This document shows, piece after piece, positions 58,137 through 64,000 of a DNA stretch of 64,000 nt. The stretch covers positions 212 through 64,211 of the forward strand of contig CABWZY010000001.1 of the NCBI GenBank assembly GCA_902510055.1, read 5' to 3'. The position numbers were made by a program, and so were the translations under genes. Within the stretch, counting starts at the first letter, position 1, and each line of letters opens with the position of its first letter. This stretch comes from an uncultured Candidatus Actinomarina sp. (GTDB taxonomy: Bacteria; Actinomycetota; Acidimicrobiia; Actinomarinales; Actinomarinaceae). A model generated the notes under the pieces. That model did not search any database. It had not been told where the DNA came from and was given only the letters and a program-made list of their open reading frames with translations.

Positions 58137-58331
58137 ATGACTGACGGACTAAAAGCTAGTCAAATAAAAGGTGGCATTAGGCCATCAAAAAGTTTTGAAC
58201 AGGGTCGTACTTGTAACGATGAGTCTTGCGAAACAAAATTGAGTATTTATAACAAGAGAAATCATTGTTTTAATCATGCTCCAGTTAAGTATCCAAGAGT
58301 TAGAGGAAGAATACTTCAAGAAACAGCTTAA
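58137..58331 (+). CDS. 64 aa C-x4-C-x12-C-x2-H mini-protein, first cistron of the copper operon (paralog of 36144-36335)
   Basis: The RBS AAGGGAAG precedes the ATG. It aligns without gaps to the dnaK-operon copy, with all Cys/His ligands and the SIYNK and YPRVRG blocks conserved. Confidence 0.6.
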   Translation: MTDGLKASQIKGGIRPSKSFEQGRTCNDESCETKLSIYNKRNHCFNHAPVKYPRVRGRILQETA

Positions 58332-58396
58332 GTATCTCAACTCGACTAAAAAAATAAGAATTCTCAATATAAGTCTTTAATTATTATCATTACTAT

Positions 58397-58600
58397 ATGG
58401 AATTAAAATTTAAAGTACCTGAAATAAGTTGTGAACATTGTAAAAATACAATTGAAACAATTCTTAATAATGAAAATAATATAATTTCTGCTTTTGTAGA
58501 TATTGAAAAAAAAGAAGTATTAATAAATTCAGATACCGAAGTCTCAATCAGTGCAATAGGAACATTGCTTGACGATCATGGTTACACAGTTGTCGAATGA
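58397..58600 (+). CDS. copZ: Copper chaperone CopZ (HMA domain)
   Basis: It is 67 aa with the metal-binding loop SCEHCK in a ferredoxin-like fold pattern. Confidence 0.8.
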   Translation: MELKFKVPEISCEHCKNTIETILNNENNIISAFVDIEKKEVLINSDTEVSISAIGTLLDDHGYTVVE

Positions 58601-60635
58601 AAGCAAGCCTCTAACTCTCTCAATTGAGGGAATGACCTGTGCTGCCTGTGCATCAAGAATTGAGAGAGTCTTAGATAAAGAAACTTCAATAAAAAATGCG
58701 GTAGTTAATTTCCCATTGAAAAAAGCTATTGTAGAGTTTCATGAATCTATTGATACGAATAAAGTTATTGAAAAAATTAAATCAATTGGCTATTCAGCAG
58801 TTGTATTCGAAGAAAACATTGTTGACGAAAAGAAAATAACAAAATTTATTAAACCTGTTCTATCTTTAATACTAACAATACTTCTAAAACCACTTTTTAT
58901 TGAGAATGGTTTTACAATTCAAGCAATTAGTATCGCTATAGTTGTAATTTTTGTATTTGGCTATAAATTTCACATATCTGCAATAAAGAATTTAGTGAGA
59001 CTTAGCTTTAATATGGATACCTTGATTTCAATTGGTAGTCTTTCTTCTTTCATTTTTGCCATATTATCAACAAAGCAACCCTTGATGTTTCTTGAAACAG
59101 GTGCGTATATTGTTTCATTTATATTAATTGGAAAAACTATTGAAGAAGTATCAATTAAATCTTCGGTAGAAATATCTGAAGCCCTTTTAGAGCTAATCCC
59201 TAAAGATGTAAGAGTTTATAACGGGGAATACGTAATGAAAAATATAGATGAAATATCAAAAGATGAAGAAATAGTTGTTCTTCCAGGAGAAGTTATACCT
59301 TTAGACGGTCATATACAAACAGGAGCATCGACTATTGACGAAAGTATTATTACAGGCGAATCAGTTCCTGTTGAAAAAAATAAAGACAGCTTAGTTATAG
59401 CGGGGACAATAAATCTTACTGGCGAAATAAAAATTAAAGTATCAAAAATAAGTGGTGAAACGACTTTTAATTTAATTGAAGATATGATATTTAAAGCTCA
59501 AACAACAAAGCCCTCCGTTCAAAAAAATATAGATAAAGTGACTCAAATTTTTGTACCTACTGTACTTATTATTAGTTTGTTCACTTTTTTCATGAGGTTA
59601 ATTTATTTTGAGCAAGAAACTTTTGTAGCATTAAAGATAGCTATATCTATTCTTGTTATTGCATGCCCTTGTGCTTTAGGTCTAGCAATTCCAATAGTCC
59701 TTTTTAGATCAGTTTCTATATCCAATAAAAAAGGTTTCATATTTAAAAACTTTGATTACTTACAAAAGCTTACAAAAGTGACAACCATTATATTTGATAA
59801 AACTGGAACAATAACAACTGGCGTTTTTAAGATTAAATCAATTATCGCTAAAAACGGAGGAAGCACTGATTTAGTATTGCAATATATAGCAAGCCTAGAA
59901 CAAAAGTCCAACCACCCAATTGCAAAAAGTATATTGCTTGAAGCAGAAAATAAAAATATACCCCTATTTGAAGTAGAGAATTTTGTCGAAAAAGAAGGAG
60001 TTGGTGTTGAGGGAAAGGTAAATGAGAAAAAAGTATCTATAAAAAAAGCTTCCGTAAATGAAGGCACTTTAACTATCTTGGATGTCAAGATAAATGAAAA
60101 TATGTTTTCTATAGAACTAGAAGAAGAAGTCAGAATTAATTCTCAATTTATAAATACTCTTTCAGATAGTTACGAAGTTTCAATCTTATCAGGAGATAGT
60201 AGTAAAAAAGTTCAGGATTTTGGAAAATCTCTAGGAGTTTCGGAATCTATTGGAAGTCAGATGCCTGAAGATAAAGTTAAATATGTAAAAGAAAAACAAA
60301 TAAACAATACGGTTGCTTTTGTGGGAGATGGGATTAATGATTCGCCTGCTTTAAAGCAAGCTGATGTAGGGATAGCAAGTTCACATAGTACACAAATAGC
60401 ACAGAGTGCTGGAGACATAATTATTCATAAAGGCGATATATCTAAAATTATTGACATAATTGATCTAGCAAAGAAATCTCAAAAAAGAATAAATCAGAAT
60501 CTATTCTTAGCTTTTATTTATAACACAGCAATGATACCAATTGCTATAACGGGAAATATATCGCCAAATATGGCTGCGTTAGCAATGGCTGCTTCTAGTA
60601 TTTCAGTTGTGTTTAACTCGTCAAGAAATCTGTAA
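58569..60635 (+). CDS. copA: Copper-translocating P1B-type ATPase
   Basis: It has the HMA motif GMTCAACASRIE, the TM CPC motif, DKTGT and GDGINDSPAL. The start is uncertain (TTG 58569, ATG 58578 or TTG 58590), and all options overlap copZ. Confidence 0.9.
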   Translation: MTIMVTQLSNESKPLTLSIEGMTCAACASRIERVLDKETSIKNAVVNFPLKKAIVEFHESIDTNKVIEKIKSIGYSAVVFEENIVDEKKITKFIKPVLSLILTILLKPLFIENGFTIQAISIAIVVIFVFGYKFHISAIKNLVRLSFNMDTLISIGSLSSFIFAILSTKQPLMFLETGAYIVSFILIGKTIEEVSIKSSVEISEALLELIPKDVRVYNGEYVMKNIDEISKDEEIVVLPGEVIPLDGHIQTGASTIDESIITGESVPVEKNKDSLVIAGTINLTGEIKIKVSKISGETTFNLIEDMIFKAQTTKPSVQKNIDKVTQIFVPTVLIISLFTFFMRLIYFEQETFVALKIAISILVIACPCALGLAIPIVLFRSVSISNKKGFIFKNFDYLQKLTKVTTIIFDKTGTITTGVFKIKSIIAKNGGSTDLVLQYIASLEQKSNHPIAKSILLEAENKNIPLFEVENFVEKEGVGVEGKVNEKKVSIKKASVNEGTLTILDVKINENMFSIELEEEVRINSQFINTLSDSYEVSILSGDSSKKVQDFGKSLGVSESIGSQMPEDKVKYVKEKQINNTVAFVGDGINDSPALKQADVGIASSHSTQIAQSAGDIIIHKGDISKIIDIIDLAKKSQKRINQNLFLAFIYNTAMIPIAITGNISPNMAALAMAASSISVVFNSSRNL

Positions 60636-60672
60636 AAATATTTTCTTATTAAAACCTCACAAAGGTTAATCT

Positions 60673-61530
60673 TTGGATATGGATGACGTAATTTGGTATA
60701 GAAAACCATTACTATCAGAGCCTGTTGCTGTTCTAGCTTTTGAAGGATGGAGTGATGCAGGTAATACAGCTAGTGGATGTGTGGAAAATTTATCTGGAAC
60801 TTTTGATATTGAACCATTTGCTGAATTAAATTCAGAAGGATTCTACAACTACCAAATGAGAAGACCGATAGTAGAAGTAAAAGATATTGGTCAAAGAGAA
60901 TTTCACTGGCCACAAACATCATTTTATTCAATAGAAGATTACAAATTAAAAAATGATTTAATTTTGGTTTTTGGAGAAGAGCCTTCAATGAAATGGAAAA
61001 ACTACTCTGAAAATATTTCAAATACTTTATTAGACCTGGGAGTGAAGAGAGCAGTCACACTAGGTGCCTTTTTTGGTCAAGTTGCTCATACTCTTCCTGT
61101 TCCAATATTTGGAGTAAGTGATGATCCTACTTTTCATGCAAGATTTAATGTATTATCTACAAACTACTCTGGACCAACTGGGATAACAAGCGTAGTTGGC
61201 CATGATTTAAGAAAAAATGGTATTGAAACTTCTGGTTTATGGGCTGCTGTTCCTCATTACTTAAGCTCAGGAGGGTATCCAAAAGGAATAAGTGCTTTAT
61301 TAAATAAAACAGCCGAAATATTAGATATAGAAGTTGATGACACCGGAATACAAACCGAAGGTCAGCAGTTTGAAGTACGAATTAACAAAGCAATGGAAAA
61401 TTCTAAAGATCTTGCGGAATATGTCTCTAAATTAGAAGAAGCAGAAGTAAATATTGAAGATAATTTCTCAGAAGAGAACCTAGTTCAACAGATTGAAGAT
61501 TTTTTAAATAACGAAGGAAGAGAAAGCTAG
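60673..61530 (+). CDS. PAC2-family (proteasome assembly chaperone-like) protein
   Basis: It shows the actinobacterial PAC2 pattern (VAVLAFEGWSDAGNTAS ... YSGPTGITSVV). Confidence 0.7.
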   Translation: MDMDDVIWYRKPLLSEPVAVLAFEGWSDAGNTASGCVENLSGTFDIEPFAELNSEGFYNYQMRRPIVEVKDIGQREFHWPQTSFYSIEDYKLKNDLILVFGEEPSMKWKNYSENISNTLLDLGVKRAVTLGAFFGQVAHTLPVPIFGVSDDPTFHARFNVLSTNYSGPTGITSVVGHDLRKNGIETSGLWAAVPHYLSSGGYPKGISALLNKTAEILDIEVDDTGIQTEGQQFEVRINKAMENSKDLAEYVSKLEEAEVNIEDNFSEENLVQQIEDFLNNEGRES

Positions 61531-61622
61531 ACGCTCTTCTTCTTATGTCTATTTGATTTACGACGTTTTCTGTACTTATGTTTCGACATTTTTTTACGTC
61601 GTTTCTTTATCAAAGATCCCAT
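61527..61622 (-). CDS. Actinobacterial ribosomal protein bS22 (31 aa)
   Basis: It translates to MGSLIKKRRKKMSKHKYRKRRKSNRHKKKSV. This matches my memory of the mycobacterial bS22 N-terminus, MGSVIKKRRKRMSKKKHRK. It is too short for the ORF track, and its stop overlaps the PAC2 stop (CTAG). Confidence 0.75.
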   Translation of the reverse strand: MGSLIKKRRKKMSKHKYRKRRKSNRHKKKSV

Positions 61623-61671
61623 AAATCGTATTTATTCCTTTTTTTCCGGACTGAAGAAGTGTAGTCGATTT

Positions 61672-62577
61672 TTAATATTTACGTGAAAGATGTTTTTCAA
61701 AATTTTCAGTACTTACAGCCTCAAATACAGACTTAATCTTATTTTTTCCAAGATTCAGATAATCTTTATCAGTTTCCTCATCTAAAACTCCTTTTCTTGT
61801 AGCCCATAAGCCCCAGGTCAGAGAACTAAGATATCTATATAAATTCCATAAAACTTGGTCATCTCCCCCTTCTTCAAGTTCTAGTTCTAGAAATAACTGT
61901 TTTCTTTGATCTTCTTCAATGTTTTGTTGCAAACATAAATCTCCATAATCAAAAAATTTGCTTTCCATTCCTGAATATTCCCAATCAATTAAATACATAT
62001 CACCACCTAAAAGAACAAAGTTTGGACCATACATATCTTTATGGCATGGAACTAATTTTTGATTAATTGATTTTATTTTTTCAAGTAAATAATTTCCTAT
62101 TTCTGCCATCTCTTTATATTCTTCTTCTTTCTGAATCTCGTTAAAGAATGCGTAGTGATCAAAACACTGCTCGAAACTAATATTGCTTTGGTGTAGTTCA
62201 TTTAGCGTAATTAAAGCTGTATTAATATACTCTTTACTTTTTAATTGGTCAGGTTCAAGAGCAACTAAATTACTTTCAAAATCTGAAATCTTTATTCCAG
62301 TATTCTCATCAAAATATAAAAAAGGTAATGTTAGCCCTGCTTCTGCAGCTAAGGTTTGGTTTATCTTTTCTGCTTTTCTATTAATTAAATCCGGGTTTTT
62401 ACCAGGAAGTCTCAGTACAAAATACCTATCAGAGACGCCTACTTTATAACTATCGTTTGTTATTCCTCCTAACTTTGATATCGAATACATCTCAGGATCA
62501 GAAATATTAGTTATTTCGGAACTTAAAAATATATCTACTATTTCTTTTGTGTTTGTCATCTTATTAACATAACACAT
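61672..62577 (-). CDS. Choline/ethanolamine-kinase-like phosphotransferase (APH fold)
   Basis: It has the Brenner motif HKDMYGPNF and the IDWEYSG motif. The true start may be the M at codon 7. Confidence 0.7.
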   Translation of the reverse strand: MCYVNKMTNTKEIVDIFLSSEITNISDPEMYSISKLGGITNDSYKVGVSDRYFVLRLPGKNPDLINRKAEKINQTLAAEAGLTLPFLYFDENTGIKISDFESNLVALEPDQLKSKEYINTALITLNELHQSNISFEQCFDHYAFFNEIQKEEEYKEMAEIGNYLLEKIKSINQKLVPCHKDMYGPNFVLLGGDMYLIDWEYSGMESKFFDYGDLCLQQNIEEDQRKQLFLELELEEGGDDQVLWNLYRYLSSLTWGLWATRKGVLDEETDKDYLNLGKNKIKSVFEAVSTENFEKHLSRKY

Positions 62578-62583
62578 GAAGCT

Positions 62584-62784
62584 ATGAATGACCCATTTGC
62601 ATTAAATTTAACAATCAATCTACTCTTACTTGGAGTTGGCGCTGCAATGTTTTTTGGAAATCTATTCGCTTATATTAATAAAAACAAAGAAAGCAAAGAA
62701 ATCTATTTATCAAGAACTATTTTTCTTGGAACTATAGGTTTCTTTATAACTTTATGGTCTGTTGCATCTATTTTAAATGGATAA
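62584..62784 (+). CDS. Small 2-TM hypothetical protein
   Basis: It is a hydrophobic 66 aa ORF in an otherwise empty gap. I see no family. Confidence 0.35.
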   Translation: MNDPFALNLTINLLLLGVGAAMFFGNLFAYINKNKESKEIYLSRTIFLGTIGFFITLWSVASILNG

Positions 62785-62829
62785 AAAAATGAGAATGATG
62801 ACTATTATATTCAAAGGACAGAAGGAATT

Positions 62830-63396
62830 ATGCTTTCAGATGTAGATATAAAAAAAGCTCTTGAAGAAAAGTCAATTGAGGTTAACCCTTTAGATGAAAG
62901 CTACATCCAGCCGTCAAGTATTGACTTAAGAGTTGGTTCTGAGTTTAGAGTTTTTGAAAATCATAAATATAGCCATATAGACCCTAAAGCTGAACAAGAT
63001 GATCTAACCACTCTAGTTACAGCATCAATAGAGGAGCCTTTTGTTCTACATCCTGGTGAATTTGTTCTTGGTACAACTTTTGAAAGAGTAACTTTATCAA
63101 ATAAAGTTGTTGCAAGGCTTGAGGGAAAATCTTCTTTAGGGAGAATTGGGTTATTAATACATTCTACTGCTGGGTTTGTTGACCCTGGTTTTGCTGGGTA
63201 TTTAACTTTGGAACTTTCTAATGTTGCGAATCTACCAATAATGATTTATCCAGAAATGAAAATAGGCCAAATTTCTTTCTATTATTTGAACTCTCCATCA
63301 GAATCTGAATATGGTTCTGAAACCTACGGAAGTAAATATCAAGGGCAAGAAGGACCAACTCCAAGTAAAAGCCACTCAGATTTTAATAAGAAATGA
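62830..63396 (+). CDS. dcd: dCTP deaminase
   Basis: It has IQPSSIDLRVG, GKSSLGRIGL and the overall Dcd pattern. Confidence 0.9.
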   Translation: MLSDVDIKKALEEKSIEVNPLDESYIQPSSIDLRVGSEFRVFENHKYSHIDPKAEQDDLTTLVTASIEEPFVLHPGEFVLGTTFERVTLSNKVVARLEGKSSLGRIGLLIHSTAGFVDPGFAGYLTLELSNVANLPIMIYPEMKIGQISFYYLNSPSESEYGSETYGSKYQGQEGPTPSKSHSDFNKK

Positions 63397-64000
63397 TTCC
63401 TGGAATTGGAACAATTGTTAATGGAGTAAGTGTATTATTTGTTGGCATTTTATCTCGCATAGTATTCAAAAAAGAGCTGAAAAATTTTGAAGACAATTTA
63501 CTTCCTTTAGGTTTATTAGTTTTAGCTCTAGGTTTGAGAGAATCATTAAAAAGTCCCGATTATGTTAGGTTCATGAGCTTTGAGGTGTCAGGTTTTATAT
63601 TTACTATTTTCGCAGTAATCGTAGGCGCTGTAATTGGAAACCTGTTAAAAATTGAGGAGAGAATTAAAAAATTTGGTGATTACCTATACAGAAAATTTGA
63701 AAAATCTGACCCTGATCAAAGTAAGTTTATTGAAAGCTACTTAACTACAACCTTGATAGTTATAACAGGTCCCTTAGCAATTATTGGTCCTTTTTTTGAT
63801 GTTGTTGAATCAAATTTAGAGTTGCTTCTAATCAAAACTGCACTTGATTGTTTTTTGGTTATATTTATTACAGCTAGTGGTGGTAAAGGAGCTGTATATT
63901 CAGGAGTTTCAATATTAATTTATCAAGGCTTTTTTACTCTATGCGCTTTATTAATAAATTCAAGAATTGATCCATTAATTTCTGAATCAATAGCAGGAAT
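63393..64000 (+). CDS. DUF554-family membrane protein (YdfK/YqgA-like), 5' part, runs off the window end
   Basis: ATG 63393 overlaps the dcd stop in an ATGA junction, and the frame stays open to the window end (MIPGIGTIVNGVSVLFVGIL...). It is not in the track because there is no stop. Confidence 0.6.
   Translation, partial: MIPGIGTIVNGVSVLFVGILSRIVFKKELKNFEDNLLPLGLLVLALGLRESLKSPDYVRFMSFEVSGFIFTIFAVIVGAVIGNLLKIEERIKKFGDYLYRKFEKSDPDQSKFIESYLTTTLIVITGPLAIIGPFFDVVESNLELLLIKTALDCFLVIFITASGGKGAVYSGVSILIYQGFFTLCALLINSRIDPLISESIAG

Noticed and set aside
60636-60672. Terminator after copA (AACCT...AGGTT).
   Set aside because: The stem is only 5 bp and AT-rich, with no U-tract. This is not convincing.

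Overview
The window is a low-GC (roughly one-third G+C by eye), very gene-dense chromosomal segment. It has many 1-8 nt gene overlaps and no rRNA, tRNA, CRISPR, transposase or integrase that I could find. The gene content is dnaK-grpE-dnaJ-hspR, ribosomal protein bS22, a PAC2 protein, an F420-type LLM oxidoreductase, Lnt and a DUF3159-like protein. This points to a streamlined actinobacterium, possibly Acidimicrobiia/Actinomarinales-like, but that is inference only.

Main blocks:
- pepN, then a Bacillus-like caa3 oxidase cluster (ctaB / ctaCDEFG).
- aceA followed by a split MFE-2-type beta-oxidation set (SDR, thiolase, racemase-like CoA-transferase, hydratase-2).
- A cupredoxin/beta-helix lipoprotein, an acyl-CoA dehydrogenase and rmuC.
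- A long minus-strand operon: nadE, class-IV aminotransferase, selD, hydrolase, glycosyltransferase.
- A membrane Fe-S reductase with proC, then the HspR heat-shock operon.
- An Aap-type amino-acid ABC transporter, purAB, mscS and lnt.
- A copZ-copA copper operon, bS22 and dcd.

The most interesting signals are ones the ORF track misses:
1. selD is a selenoprotein. An in-frame TGA at 28399-28401 restores its missing N-terminal active-site loop, and a hairpin follows the TGA.
2. An unlisted 78-codon SelW/Rdx-like CxxU selenoprotein lies at 57791-58027 and is translationally coupled to a TauE/SafE permease.
3. selD is coupled to an alpha/beta hydrolase and a GT-B glycosyltransferase. This could be a selenium small-molecule module.
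4. Two paralogous 63-64 aa C-x4-C-x12-C-x2-H mini-proteins are each the first cistron of a stress operon (dnaK and copZA). Each sits behind a long perfect palindrome.
5. There are several domain oddities: a lipoyl-like insert in an ABC permease, Cys-to-Ser at the Lnt nucleophile position, and a cupredoxin-beta-helix-PLDc_N fusion.

All family calls come from motif recognition by eye. No database search was run.
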